Of a stretch of DNA of 64,000 bases, positions 55,569-64,000 are shown piece by piece (the first letter of the stretch is position 1; each line of letters starts with the position of its first letter). Location: the IMG/VR virus record IMGVR_UViG_3300045988_098422; one strand, written 5' to 3'. Source of the DNA: a virus. The notes beneath the pieces are model-generated. The model had not been told where the DNA came from. It saw only the letters and a list, made by a program, of their open reading frames with translations, and ran no database searches. Both the position numbers and the translations under genes were made by a program.

Positions 55569-57179
55569 ATGAACGTACAGATTTTATTTAATGATGACGC
55601 CCGAAAGAAAATGTTTGAGGGGGTTGAAGAGTTGGCAAATGCAGTGTCGTCCACGCTCGGACCAAAAGGGCACTCGGTTATCCTGGATAAAGGCTATGGA
55701 ATACCCCACATCACCAAAGACGGTGTGACAGTTGCCCGTGCCTACGATACGGATGATACGATGAAGCGTATGGGTGCGACGCTTGTGAAGACCGTTGCTG
55801 CAAAAACATGTGATGAGGCGGGGGATGGCACTACGACAGCCACCATTTTAACCCGTGCATTAATGAAAGAGGGGATGGCAACATTAGCCCGTGTGTCTAA
55901 TCCACAGCGTTTTAAAGAGGGTATTGAAGCCGCTAAATGCGAAGCCGTGAAGTTTATGCAACAGATGAGCAAAGAAATTGGTGAAAACGATTTTGAGCGT
56001 ATCAGACAGATTGCGACAATAAGTGCCAACGGTGATGAGGAAATTGGGGCTATTATCACTGAAGCTATTGGCAAAGTAGGCAACGACGGAGTAATTACTG
56101 TTGAAGAAAGTAGCAAGAGCGAAACCACCGTAGAGGTGACGACAGGCTTCCAATGGGAAAAGGGGCTGTTGAACCCGTATTTTGTGACTGACCCCGAACG
56201 AATAGAATGTGTACTGAACAAACCATACATTTTGCTCTTTGGGCAAAACATAAACTACCCCGATGAAATATTGGGTGTATGTCGCAAGGTGTACGATAGT
56301 CACCGTTCTCTTTTGGTTGTTGCTCCTAATGCGTCTAACGACGTAGTGAATTTCTTGGTGCAGAATGTTAAACAAGCCAATGGACTGAAAGCCTGTTTCG
56401 TTAAAGCTCCGGGATATGGGCAGATGCAAAAGGATTTGATTATGGATTTGGGCGTTAAGATTGGCGCACACGTAATCGGAGAAGAGTATGGCAATCGTGT
56501 AGAAGAAATTGGCGTGGATTGGCTTGGTGAGTGTGAGCGTGTTGTGGTAAATAGCACTCGTACTATACTCACAGGGGGCGCAGGTTCGCCAGATGAGGTA
56601 AATACACAGGTAGCCGCAATTAAGCACCAATTAGACGACAGTACGAACGCTTTTGACATTGAAAAGTACCGTGAACGTATTGCACGCCTGACAGGTGGTG
56701 CGGCTGTTATTTATGTAGGCGCAGACAGTGACGTAGAAATGAAGGAACGGAAAGACCGTGTTGATGATGCTATTGCCGCAACTCGTGCAGCATTGGAAGA
56801 GGGGTACGTTCCGGGAGGCGGCACAATTCAGCTTCGTGCCTCTGAACTGCTTGTGCACCAACTTGCAGACTTGAATGAAAAACCAGCCGATTTCAGAGCT
56901 GGATGGTGTGTAGTGGCTGAGGCTTTGCGTTACCCGTTCCGTCAATTATGCGAAAATGCTAGTGCGAACGCAGTACGTATTCAAGTGGATATGGAACTTC
57001 AACCGTGGATGCACGGTTATGACCCTATAAAGGAAGAAGTTTGTGATATGTATGATGCAGGAATTATTGACCCGACAAAGGTGGCACGCTTGACGCTTGA
57101 GAACGCTACGTCGGTTGCAATTCAATTCCTCAATACTTCATGTGCAATGGCAGCTAGTAATGATGAGAAAGGGAGTTAA
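55569..57179 (+). CDS. groEL: GroEL/Cpn60-family chaperonin
   Basis: GPKGHSVILDK..PHITKDGVTVA, AGDGTTTATILT, AALEEGYVPGGG. 536 aa with no GGM tail. Confidence 0.85.
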   Translation: MNVQILFNDDARKKMFEGVEELANAVSSTLGPKGHSVILDKGYGIPHITKDGVTVARAYDTDDTMKRMGATLVKTVAAKTCDEAGDGTTTATILTRALMKEGMATLARVSNPQRFKEGIEAAKCEAVKFMQQMSKEIGENDFERIRQIATISANGDEEIGAIITEAIGKVGNDGVITVEESSKSETTVEVTTGFQWEKGLLNPYFVTDPERIECVLNKPYILLFGQNINYPDEILGVCRKVYDSHRSLLVVAPNASNDVVNFLVQNVKQANGLKACFVKAPGYGQMQKDLIMDLGVKIGAHVIGEEYGNRVEEIGVDWLGECERVVVNSTRTILTGGAGSPDEVNTQVAAIKHQLDDSTNAFDIEKYRERIARLTGGAAVIYVGADSDVEMKERKDRVDDAIAATRAALEEGYVPGGGTIQLRASELLVHQLADLNEKPADFRAGWCVVAEALRYPFRQLCENASANAVRIQVDMELQPWMHGYDPIKEEVCDMYDAGIIDPTKVARLTLENATSVAIQFLNTSCAMAASNDEKGS

Positions 57180-57181
57180 CC

Positions 57182-57406
57182 ATGAGCCAAAAAACCATTC
57201 GGAAAGGCGACATTTGCCGCATCCGGCACAATACTAGCCTACACGGATTTCCGGAAAATACGCTAGTAATAATAAAAGAGTGCCGTCCTCGTAGGGCGGA
57301 GTTCCCACACCTATTTAAAGCCGCCACAGCGAAAGAGTGGTGGTGGGTGGATATTGCTGATATTACCTTGTTTGAACGAGGCAATTATGATGAAGACGAT
57401 TGGTAA
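57182..57406 (+). CDS. small protein translationally coupled to the chaperonin gene
   Basis: ATG lies 2 nt after the groEL-like stop (TAACCATG). 74 aa, beta-rich, Trp-rich, acidic tail. Confidence 0.45.
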   Translation: MSQKTIRKGDICRIRHNTSLHGFPENTLVIIKECRPRRAEFPHLFKAATAKEWWWVDIADITLFERGNYDEDDW

Positions 57407-57412
57407 ATTAAA

Positions 57413-57433
57413 GCCCGTGCGCATTGCACGGGC
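57413..57433 (+). terminator. GC-rich stem-loop (GCCCGTGC-GCATT-GCACGGGC)
   Basis: Perfect 8-bp stem 7 nt after the stop at 57406. No clear T tract. Confidence 0.4.
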
Positions 57434-57448
57434 ACAATATTAAAAATA

Positions 57449-57850
57449 ATGGATGCTCACATTTTACACGTTGTTTTCTTTGCCACGGTGATAGCTTTAG
57501 GGGGCTTGTTAATGTGGTGGAAAAAGAATAGAAAGAGATTTGCTTGCAGGCGAATGAGAAAGCATTTGTTGAAACACCCGTCAAACGGTATTCCATCAGA
57601 TTACCTGTTAAATGCTTTAGAAAGGGAATTTAAAGGAATAACCTTTCAGGAGTATTCCTTTGGGGTATTCATTTATAACGAAATGGGTGGAAACATTGCA
57701 TATTTATGCTGTAAAGATGGAATTTTGAGCGGTACGGCTTCAACGGATAAAATGCCTTGTTTGGCAAAATTTGTTGAAGAATTTAAAGGGAAACCAGAAT
57801 GGCAGGCAGTGTCGTCCCTAATGAAGTGCGGCTGTTATTGTACAAAATGA
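57449..57850 (+). CDS. membrane-anchored hypothetical protein
   Basis: N-terminal TM HVVFFATVIALGGLLMWW followed by KKNRKR. Confidence 0.45.
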   Translation: MDAHILHVVFFATVIALGGLLMWWKKNRKRFACRRMRKHLLKHPSNGIPSDYLLNALEREFKGITFQEYSFGVFIYNEMGGNIAYLCCKDGILSGTASTDKMPCLAKFVEEFKGKPEWQAVSSLMKCGCYCTK

Positions 57851-57851
57851 T

Positions 57852-59285
57852 ATGGCAGAAGAAAAAAGACTGATACAGGAAGAAGACATTGAGCGCATTA
57901 TGCACAATGCGCCTGACTATATATTGGATGCTACTGATGAGATAAAGGATTTATGGGTAGCGTCTGAATGGGCTAAGGAAGAACGTGACTTGACCCCTAA
58001 ACGCTATTATGAGGTAGTGTTGTTTGAGGGTGAAGACAAAGAAAAACGTATTGAAATAGACTTCCAGCAAACAGTTAATCCAGGGACTATTGTAAAGGCG
58101 GCAGGCGGAAGTGTTACTGACGTGCGTAGTGTTAATGCAAAACGATTGCAGTACCTAAAATACGAACGTGAGTACCAACGTTTAGTCAAGGAGCTAAACA
58201 AGGCTATCGGCAAAAGAACTCACCGTCCTCGTAATATAGTGGATTATACGGGGAATATTTTGGAGCTATTTGGCAAGTTCTACACTATTGCGGACGTTGC
58301 TAAGATAATGGCGAAAGAATACCGTATAAAGATACCTGAAGACGAATTAAAGAAGTTCTATGTTGAACACCGTGATTTAGTTACTCGCAGGCGAGCTGAA
58401 TACGTATTGCAGAACAAAGACTTTCGGGTTGCCACTGAAACGGGGCGTCTGGAAGTGCTGAACCAGATGCTAGTAGAGGTTGAAATAAAGAACCGAGCGT
58501 GTGGTGGTAGCAATGTAGACTATTGCAACCTGATACTTCGTATTATTGAGCAGGCACGCAAAGAAGTTAAGGGGAACGAAATAAAGATGACCGTAGATGG
58601 CAAGATAGACATTAATGCGACCATACAGGCAGAAACGAATGTTATGTCGGTAATGAAGCAAATGTCTATTAATGCGCTTGTCGTTGGTCTTACAGCCGCA
58701 AAAGCAGGGTTGAATCCAGCCGTTCTTATCGCACAACTTGCTAACAGTTGGTATTCACAATTCAATGGGTTTAATGGCAACGTCATGGACGGTGTACAGG
58801 TGCAACTCCCATCCGCACTTATCAAACAGTACGATTGGGGTGCAATGGAAAAACAGAGCAAACAGTTTGTGAACGATTTTACCCCGATAGCGGAAATTAT
58901 AGAAGAGCCCGAAGAAGTTGCAAACAACGAGGCAGAAAATACCCGTAAGAAGCTGTTAGAGCAATTAAAGAACATGAGGCGGGCGAAACATACCGAAGAC
59001 GGGAAAGCGAACGTTATTACACCTGACAGCCCTGATATGGAATTGCGTGACACGGGTGTAGTGTTGGCGGCTGAACCTGTTGATGAGGAAGAACCTACGC
59101 AGGAATTTGAGATTGATTACAATGCACGCAAACAGAAGAAGGGGATGCGTATAAAAGGTAAGATAAAAGAGAGTGTAGCACGTCATAAAGCGAAAGCCGA
59201 GGCAGAAGAGGCGGACTTAACGGCTGCCGAATTAGCTGCAAGGCAGAGACGTAAAGAAAGACGGGCGGCTCGTAAAAAGAAATAA
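57852..59285 (+). CDS. hypothetical protein with HTH-like segment and strongly basic C-terminus
   Basis: 477 aa. YTIADVAKIMAKEYRIKIPEDELKKF is HTH-like. C-terminus ends RQRRKERRAARKKK. Confidence 0.4.
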   Translation: MAEEKRLIQEEDIERIMHNAPDYILDATDEIKDLWVASEWAKEERDLTPKRYYEVVLFEGEDKEKRIEIDFQQTVNPGTIVKAAGGSVTDVRSVNAKRLQYLKYEREYQRLVKELNKAIGKRTHRPRNIVDYTGNILELFGKFYTIADVAKIMAKEYRIKIPEDELKKFYVEHRDLVTRRRAEYVLQNKDFRVATETGRLEVLNQMLVEVEIKNRACGGSNVDYCNLILRIIEQARKEVKGNEIKMTVDGKIDINATIQAETNVMSVMKQMSINALVVGLTAAKAGLNPAVLIAQLANSWYSQFNGFNGNVMDGVQVQLPSALIKQYDWGAMEKQSKQFVNDFTPIAEIIEEPEEVANNEAENTRKKLLEQLKNMRRAKHTEDGKANVITPDSPDMELRDTGVVLAAEPVDEEEPTQEFEIDYNARKQKKGMRIKGKIKESVARHKAKAEAEEADLTAAELAARQRRKERRAARKKK

Positions 59286-59290
59286 TAGAA

Positions 59291-59311
59291 AGACGGGTAT
59301 AGTGCCCGTCT
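59291..59311 (+). terminator. stem-loop (AGACGGG-TATAGTG-CCCGTCT)
   Basis: 7-bp perfect stem 5 nt after the stop. Confidence 0.4.
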
Positions 59312-59328
59312 AATTAAATATTAAAATT

Positions 59329-59946
59329 ATGAAGAAAGATTTCCTTAATGTTTCTCCTGATACAGGGGGGGGTAGCGGAACGGTAACTGTCACCGCTGAC
59401 CCTAATTTAAACTTTGCTAGTCGTACGACAACTTTGAATTTTAATGCTGATGGAGAAGTATTAAAAGAGGTTGAAGCGTTACAGTTTGGGAATACCATTA
59501 TTCCGCAATTTTATTTAAGTCCAACCGTTTCAAGTAACAATGACTTATGGGCGTTGAAAATTACAACAACCTTAGAACTAGAAGAATTTGCGGCTGGAGC
59601 TTATAATTTCTTGGTGGATTGTACCGCTAATAAGAAGATAGCTACGGAAGGGACAGCTCCTAATGTAACTATTTGTATTTCGGTGATTAATAGTGTTATC
59701 ATACCGAGTGGTGGAAGTAACATAAATAACCGAGAATACGATATGTATTACAGTAAAGACAACGGTACTAAGACTAAGATGACAGTAAGTAAAGACCAAT
59801 ACAGTCAGTTTATTTCTTTCCGTTTTATGGAGAGGGCTACATTTGAAGAACTAACTGTTTCTAATTATCGCTTTTGGCTTCGCAATATAAACGATGCAAG
59901 TGAAATAGAACTTCCAGTTAGGTTTAGATTAGCTTATCATTATTAA
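59329..59946 (+). CDS. protein beginning with a BACON second-half motif
   Basis: MKKDFLNVSPDTGGGSGTVTVTADPNLNFASRTTTLNF follows the W/L-x-V-S-P-x-x-G-x-G..R-T-x-x-L pattern seen at the N-termini of ORFs 76 and 1740. Confidence 0.5.
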   Translation: MKKDFLNVSPDTGGGSGTVTVTADPNLNFASRTTTLNFNADGEVLKEVEALQFGNTIIPQFYLSPTVSSNNDLWALKITTTLELEEFAAGAYNFLVDCTANKKIATEGTAPNVTICISVINSVIIPSGGSNINNREYDMYYSKDNGTKTKMTVSKDQYSQFISFRFMERATFEELTVSNYRFWLRNINDASEIELPVRFRLAYHY

Positions 59947-59951
59947 AATAA

Positions 59952-59971
59952 GGGGAGCCAAATGGCTCCCC
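59952..59971. terminator. bidirectional terminator between convergent genes
   Basis: GGGGAGCC-AAAT-GGCTCCCC, with a T-rich run downstream on + (GATTTGTTT) and an A-rich run upstream (T-rich on the - strand). Confidence 0.7.
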
Positions 59972-59978
59972 GATTTGT

Positions 59979-60458
59979 TTACCGCATTTCGTTATAACTA
60001 CGGTTCATCCACGCTTCTTTTTCCATGCTTTCAATCATGTCCTCAAGGAAATTTAAGGTTCCTTGGTCAGCGGGTGGCACTTGGTCATGAATTTCACGGA
60101 TGCGTCTAATTACCGTGTCCCAGTCGGCAGAAATAATTTTCCACATTTCCATGTCCGTCGGGAGTGGCTGAGACATTTCAAACTCCTGAATGTGGTTTGC
60201 CTGTAACATAGCTTCCATACTACCGAGCGGTCTGCCACCTAAAGCCCGCACACGTTCAGCAACGTCATCAACACGTTCAATTTCGGCTTCATAAAGTTTC
60301 AGCATAGCTTCGTGATAGCTGCCAAAAGAAGAACCAATAACGTTCCAATGGAACTGCCATGTTTTTAGCAACAGGGTAAAGTGGTCGGCTAATAAGCCGT
60401 TCAACAGGACAAGACTTTTAGCTATGTCCTCTGATGTTAATCCAATGTTTACTTTCAT
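59979..60458 (-). CDS. dps: Dps (DNA-binding ferritin-like protein)
   Basis: LNGLLADHFTLLLKTWQFHWNVIGSSFGSYHEAMLKLYEAEIERVDDVAERVRALGG matches the Dps ferroxidase-site helices (H..W.V.G..F...H......E....D..AER). Start taken at MKVNIGL (60458); an ATG at 60467 is also possible. The track start at 60506 lies in the promoter. Confidence 0.85.
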   Translation of the reverse strand: MKVNIGLTSEDIAKSLVLLNGLLADHFTLLLKTWQFHWNVIGSSFGSYHEAMLKLYEAEIERVDDVAERVRALGGRPLGSMEAMLQANHIQEFEMSQPLPTDMEMWKIISADWDTVIRRIREIHDQVPPADQGTLNFLEDMIESMEKEAWMNRSYNEMR

Positions 60459-60493
60459 AATGTACATTTTAAAAAGTTGATGTATATACGCCA

Positions 60494-60501
60494 CAAAGGT
60501 A
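60494..60501 (-). promoter_or_regulatory. -7 box TACCTTTG for dps (minus strand)
   Basis: Reverse complement of CAAAGGTA, within GACTACCTTTGTGG. This is the same core as the + strand repeat promoters. Confidence 0.5.
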
Positions 60502-60548
60502 GTCAAAAGAAAATTATTAGAAAAATCTTAGAAAAAGTCCGGTGAAGT

Positions 60549-60579
60549 CTTGTTATTTCAAAAATTATGACTACCTTTG
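60549..60579 (+). promoter_or_regulatory. Bacteroidota-type promoter (CTTG-N19-TACCTTTG), copy 2 of the 29-nt repeat
   Basis: 60561-60589 is identical to 45701-45729. Divergent from the dps promoter. Confidence 0.6.
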
Positions 60580-60618
60580 TAGTGTCAATAAACAATAACT
60601 CATTAAAAATTCAAAATT

Positions 60619-60906
60619 ATGGCAACAACAGTAAATAACAAAAGAACTTTTGCAAAAGACATTGCAACTATTAGCACAGCTTTAGACGGCATAGTAGAAT
60701 TTCAAAGTATTGAATTTAGCCAAATACTTATTACGGAACATGGGCAAAGCATTAACGATTTACAGTATGTGAACAAAATACGTGGTATTTACTTTTATAC
60801 AAGCCGCAGCAAAGTAGAAAATATTGTTTGTGCTTTATGGCGTAATGAAACCCTACCGACTTATGTAGTTTGCGCTGACAGCAAAAACGTTTACGAACTT
60901 AAATGA
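60619..60906 (+). CDS. hypothetical early-region protein
   Basis: 95 aa, first gene after the repeat promoter. Confidence 0.45.
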   Translation: MATTVNNKRTFAKDIATISTALDGIVEFQSIEFSQILITEHGQSINDLQYVNKIRGIYFYTSRSKVENIVCALWRNETLPTYVVCADSKNVYELK

Positions 60907-60944
60907 TAACCCGTGGGGCGCAAGCCCCGCACAACTTTTGAATT

Positions 60945-61388
60945 ATGGAACATAACAGATGTATGATATGTGGAGCGGTTATTAGCGATAACAATACGGA
61001 CGGTATTGGTTGGGGCTGTATGGCAAATGTTGTGAAACCCGCTATTAAAGAAACTATGTGGGAAGTGTACGGGTTGGACATTTGGGTGGCAAAAGCCAAC
61101 AGAATAAAGGAAGCGTTTTTGAACGCTTATGCAGGCGTAAAATTCCGTAATGAATTTAAACGGGGGTTTTACGAAAGTATGGCGAAAGCCGAAAGGGTGA
61201 GCAAGAAACAACTGGAAATTATGAACCAGATGCTGGACGATAAATGTGTTTTGCTGGACTTTAAAGACATTTTTGAACGTTACGAGGGAATGGCACAGAG
61301 TAGCGAATGTAAAGCCCAATTTCAGGCTAATATTGCGAAATACAAGAAGATTTATTTAAGTGGACGTAAAAATAAAACGGAGGAATAA
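60945..61388 (+). CDS. hypothetical protein with N-terminal CxxC...GC zinc-binding-like motif
   Basis: CMICG..x11..GWGC. 147 aa. Confidence 0.4.
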   Translation: MEHNRCMICGAVISDNNTDGIGWGCMANVVKPAIKETMWEVYGLDIWVAKANRIKEAFLNAYAGVKFRNEFKRGFYESMAKAERVSKKQLEIMNQMLDDKCVLLDFKDIFERYEGMAQSSECKAQFQANIAKYKKIYLSGRKNKTEE

Positions 61389-61390
61389 TT

Positions 61391-61711
61391 ATGAAGCCAA
61401 CTGTTGAGAATTTTCAGGTTATTAATTCAACGAGCACAGAATTGGAAGTTGAATTAACCCCAACGATACGTTTGAAGTGCCTACGTCATTCTAATCGCAG
61501 GACGGGTTCTTCGGTTTGGGAAGCTCGCTTGTACCAATTTGGGAAGTGGAGGGTGTTTAACAACCCGTTTGACCGCAAAGATTATGAGGTGGTTGAAAAA
61601 TGGGGGAAGATAAAGGCAAACGCTTTTCGGGGCGTGATTATTGCCAAAAGTTATTCCTACAAAAAGGATATTATAAGTGCTTTAAATAGCGTACCACTAA
61701 AAATAAATTGA
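61391..61711 (+). CDS. hypothetical protein
   Basis: 106 aa. Confidence 0.4.
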   Translation: MKPTVENFQVINSTSTELEVELTPTIRLKCLRHSNRRTGSSVWEARLYQFGKWRVFNNPFDRKDYEVVEKWGKIKANAFRGVIIAKSYSYKKDIISALNSVPLKIN

Positions 61712-61717
61712 TTGAAT

Positions 61718-62014
61718 ATGGCAAAGAAACAGAAAAGAGCGTTGCTAGCCGCTGAAATAGCACAGCTATGCACCAATAAAGGGTATAACAGTTTTAGTGA
61801 TTATATTCCGATTGCACCTAATAAATGGGGTGCGACACATGTTGATTTTGTGGATAACCTGAATGGATATACATGGCTTTATTTGCGTAAATTAGAGAAA
61901 CGGTTTGGCATTAAACATTATACCACCGTAGTAGAATATACTAAGCTGAACGCAGACGATAAACGTTTGGTTGAGGCTTTAATTAGGGAAGCACCTGATA
62001 AAGAAACTAAATAA
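61718..62014 (+). CDS. hypothetical protein
   Basis: ATG at 61718 (the track start at 61712 is a TTG). Confidence 0.4.
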   Translation: MAKKQKRALLAAEIAQLCTNKGYNSFSDYIPIAPNKWGATHVDFVDNLNGYTWLYLRKLEKRFGIKHYTTVVEYTKLNADDKRLVEALIREAPDKETK

Positions 62015-62023
62015 AAGAAGATT

Positions 62024-62587
62024 ATGTATTTAAAGAAAAATTTGTGGCAAAGAATTAAGTTTGCTTTTAAAACATTGTTAAGCGACGCACCGCTTGAAGA
62101 AATGTACACAACCGGATACAAAGCCGGAGTGGACGAAGTGATTAACGATTATCGTTTGTTGAAAGAAAAGTTGGTTCCGATACTGACAGAGCTAGCCACA
62201 CCACCGCAAAAGTTGGATGATAATTTTATCACGTATCCGGATATGTCGGTACGGCAACTAAGTTTCTTTAATGTTGAACACCCTACCCCACGATTTTTGC
62301 ATAACGACATTAACAGCCCTTATCCAATAGAAAGGGTAACGGTGGAAAGGGTTATATACACAGCGAACCAAGTGCAAGTGACAGCAATGTCAGACCCTAT
62401 GGTTAAACAGTTGCAGGGTGACGCCCGTTATGCTAAGTATTTGGAGCATGAGCAACGCAATGCAGCCCAACGACTAGGGGAATACCTGTTGAAGAATGGG
62501 TTTATTAGGGCGACCCGATTGGCTAGTACAAATCCCCATGACATGAGAGTTATGTACTGGACATTAACTTATACTAAGTTGCAGTAA
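62024..62587 (+). CDS. hypothetical protein
   Basis: 187 aa. Confidence 0.4.
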   Translation: MYLKKNLWQRIKFAFKTLLSDAPLEEMYTTGYKAGVDEVINDYRLLKEKLVPILTELATPPQKLDDNFITYPDMSVRQLSFFNVEHPTPRFLHNDINSPYPIERVTVERVIYTANQVQVTAMSDPMVKQLQGDARYAKYLEHEQRNAAQRLGEYLLKNGFIRATRLASTNPHDMRVMYWTLTYTKLQ

Positions 62588-62602
62588 AACAAATCTATGA
62601 AT

Positions 62603-62631
62603 AAGCCGGAAAATTTTCCGGCTTTTCTTTT
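62603..62631 (+). terminator. rho-independent terminator
   Basis: Perfect 22-nt palindrome AAGCCGGAAAATTTTCCGGCTT followed by TTCTTTT. The track ORF start at 62597 falls in it. Confidence 0.7.
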
Positions 62632-62658
62632 GCAGTTTAAATTAAAGTATTATATTTG
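62629..62658 (+). promoter_or_regulatory. Bacteroidota-type promoter (TTTG-N18-TATATTTG)
   Basis: Followed by GTGTCAATAAA, the same post -7 motif as the two repeat promoters. Confidence 0.55.
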
Positions 62659-62683
62659 CGGTGTCAATAAAAACTTAATAGTT

Positions 62684-63292
62684 ATGTCAACAGAAAATTT
62701 AGTACCCGCAGCAATACTCTTAAAGATTAAGAAGTTGCAAGAACTAGCCTTGAGAGGCGTAGGTGGTGAGGCGCAAAATGCTCAAAGAGTTTTAGAAGCC
62801 TTGTGTGAAAAATATGGTTTAACCCTTGAGGATTTAGACCAAGATGCAAAAGTAACTTATGAATTTCCACTACGAGCTTCTATTCGTTCGCTGTTTGTTA
62901 ATTGTTTTACGTACATGTTTGGGGCGAATACCCGCTTTAAAGAAGACTACACGGCTTATCGTGGCTGTGATACAAAGAAAGAATGGGTGGAATTAAATCT
63001 GACACCTAGCGAATATATAGAATTTTCACAGTTCTGGGAATGGCATAAACATAATTTTCTTAAAGAACGTGCTGCCATGCGTGAAGCGTTTAAGAGTGCC
63101 TATTGTGAAAAGCACCAATTATTTACAAACGATTTTGCCGACGATATACGTGAGGAGCTAGATAGCCGTAAAGAACCGACCTTAGAGGAAATAATGGCGA
63201 TTAAAGCACTGGCGGGGACGCTTAAAAATAATACCTATCATAAACAGATTGGGAGCAGTGCAAACGCTTATAACGAGGAGGACGAAGAATGA
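62684..63292 (+). CDS. DUF2786-like protein
   Basis: N-terminus ILLKIKKLQELALRGVGGEAQNAQRVLEALCEKYGL follows the DUF2786 pattern (KLLALA...EAE.A...A..L..KYGI). ATG at 62684. Confidence 0.4.
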   Translation: MSTENLVPAAILLKIKKLQELALRGVGGEAQNAQRVLEALCEKYGLTLEDLDQDAKVTYEFPLRASIRSLFVNCFTYMFGANTRFKEDYTAYRGCDTKKEWVELNLTPSEYIEFSQFWEWHKHNFLKERAAMREAFKSAYCEKHQLFTNDFADDIREELDSRKEPTLEEIMAIKALAGTLKNNTYHKQIGSSANAYNEEDEE

Positions 63293-63930
63293 TGACTACA
63301 AAAGAGCGTGACTTCCATTTAGTACAAAAGGCTTTAGGTGGAGATAACAAGGCTTGTGAAACAATATACAACAGGTTTAACAGGGCGGTAAATTATCAGA
63401 TAGGCAAGATAGTGATGGACACCGAAATAGCCTTAGACCTTACAATGGAAACATTTGAAAAGATATTTACCCGTTTGCACCGCTATCAGCCGGATTACTG
63501 TTTAAGCACATGGGTGAGCCGCATAGCTACTAACACCGCATTAGATTACACCCGAAAAGTAAGGCGTGTTACAATTGTAAGTATAGAAGCAAGTATAGAA
63601 AACGAGGATGGGGCAGATATACAGGTGATGGACGACGAACCAACTCCCGATGAGCGTATAATCTTAACACAAAAGATGACCTACCTTACAGGGCTGATGC
63701 GGTACATGCAGCCGAATGAATGTAGGCTGTTGCAACTGTATTACGTGAACGACATGGGTTATACCGAAATAGCTGACGAAATGGATATTTCGGTGCGTGT
63801 TGTCAGGCAGTATATCAGGGATGCACGCAATAAACTACGCAAGTTGACGCAGGAAATAAGCATGCGGGAAGTATTAACCAAAGAACAAAGAAGATATGAA
63901 AAAGAATTACAGAGCCAAGTTACAGGGTGA
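63289..63930 (+). CDS. ECF-type sigma-70 family RNA polymerase sigma factor
   Basis: Region 2 (..DLTMETFEKIF..Y......WVSRIATNTALDYTRK) and region 4 HTH (MGYTEIADEMDISVRVVRQYIRDARNKLRK). Confidence 0.75.
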   Translation: MMTTKERDFHLVQKALGGDNKACETIYNRFNRAVNYQIGKIVMDTEIALDLTMETFEKIFTRLHRYQPDYCLSTWVSRIATNTALDYTRKVRRVTIVSIEASIENEDGADIQVMDDEPTPDERIILTQKMTYLTGLMRYMQPNECRLLQLYYVNDMGYTEIADEMDISVRVVRQYIRDARNKLRKLTQEISMREVLTKEQRRYEKELQSQVTG

Positions 63931-64000
63931 ATTTGACATTATACAATTAACCGATGACAATTATGAGGAAGTGGTAGCCTTTATCGCCAGAAAGGATGAA
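63896..64000 (+). CDS. partial ORF running off the window end
   Basis: ATG at 63896 overlaps the sigma factor 3' end by 35 nt. 35 codons are open to the window edge (MKKNYRAKLQGEFDIIQLTDDNYEEVVAFIARKDE). Confidence 0.3.
   Translation, partial: MKKNYRAKLQGEFDIIQLTDDNYEEVVAFIARKDE

Noticed and set aside
1-64000. Alternative genetic code (stop-codon reassignment, as in some Bacteroidota phages)
   Set aside because: TAA, TAG and TGA each terminate long ORFs that end where homologues end (examples: TGA at 2810 and 5446, TAG at 9979, TAA at most others). No recognisable gene is fragmented. The only suspicious in-frame stops are the two TAA codons at 1725-1733, reported separately.
1-64000. tRNA genes, CRISPR arrays, integrase or attachment sites
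   Set aside because: Intergenic spacers are all under about 110 nt and are filled by promoters or hairpins. There are no spaced direct-repeat arrays and no tyrosine or serine recombinase motifs.

Overview
The whole 64-kb window reads as a tailed dsDNA phage genome segment, apparently myovirus-like (sheath, tube, tape measure, baseplate). The host is probably in Bacteroidota, judging from TAnnTTTG -7 promoter boxes, BACON-like domains and Listeria-Bacteroides repeats. About 75 tightly packed genes lie on the + strand and one (dps) on the - strand. The standard genetic code fits: TAA, TAG and TGA all terminate long intact ORFs. I saw no tRNA, rRNA, CRISPR array, integrase or lysogeny module.

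Module order:
- 1-2.9 kb: paralogous BACON/Ig-like surface proteins.
- 2.9-19.5 kb: contractile tail, baseplate, an embedded lysis cassette and fibres.
- 19.6-24.4 kb: HNH and GIY-YIG homing endonucleases, a DnaQ-like exonuclease, and a large terminase carrying a mini-intein in its Walker A loop.
- 24.4-27.1 kb: DnaB-like helicase and primase.
- 27.6-32.9 kb: nucleotide and DNA-modification cluster (dUTPase, P-loop kinase, aGPT-pyrophosphorylase-like protein, ThyA-fold enzyme, HD phosphohydrolase, dNMP kinase).
- 32.9-54.8 kb: Pol III alpha, GIY-YIG, gp32-like SSB candidate, SbcD-RecA-SbcC-RuvC, zeta-toxin-like kinase, NAD ligase, SNF2 and UvrD helicases, RNase H, class II RNR.
- 54.8-64 kb: a third GIY-YIG, a GroEL homologue, dps, small early-type genes and an ECF-like sigma factor.

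The strongest candidate for a novel system is the predicted thymidine hypermodification pathway at 27.6-32.9 kb. Other notable items are the TerL mini-intein, the BACON half-domains at ORF termini, the phage GroEL with a coupled small ORF, the dps moron and a conserved 29-nt promoter repeat. All functional calls come from motif recognition by eye. No database search was run.
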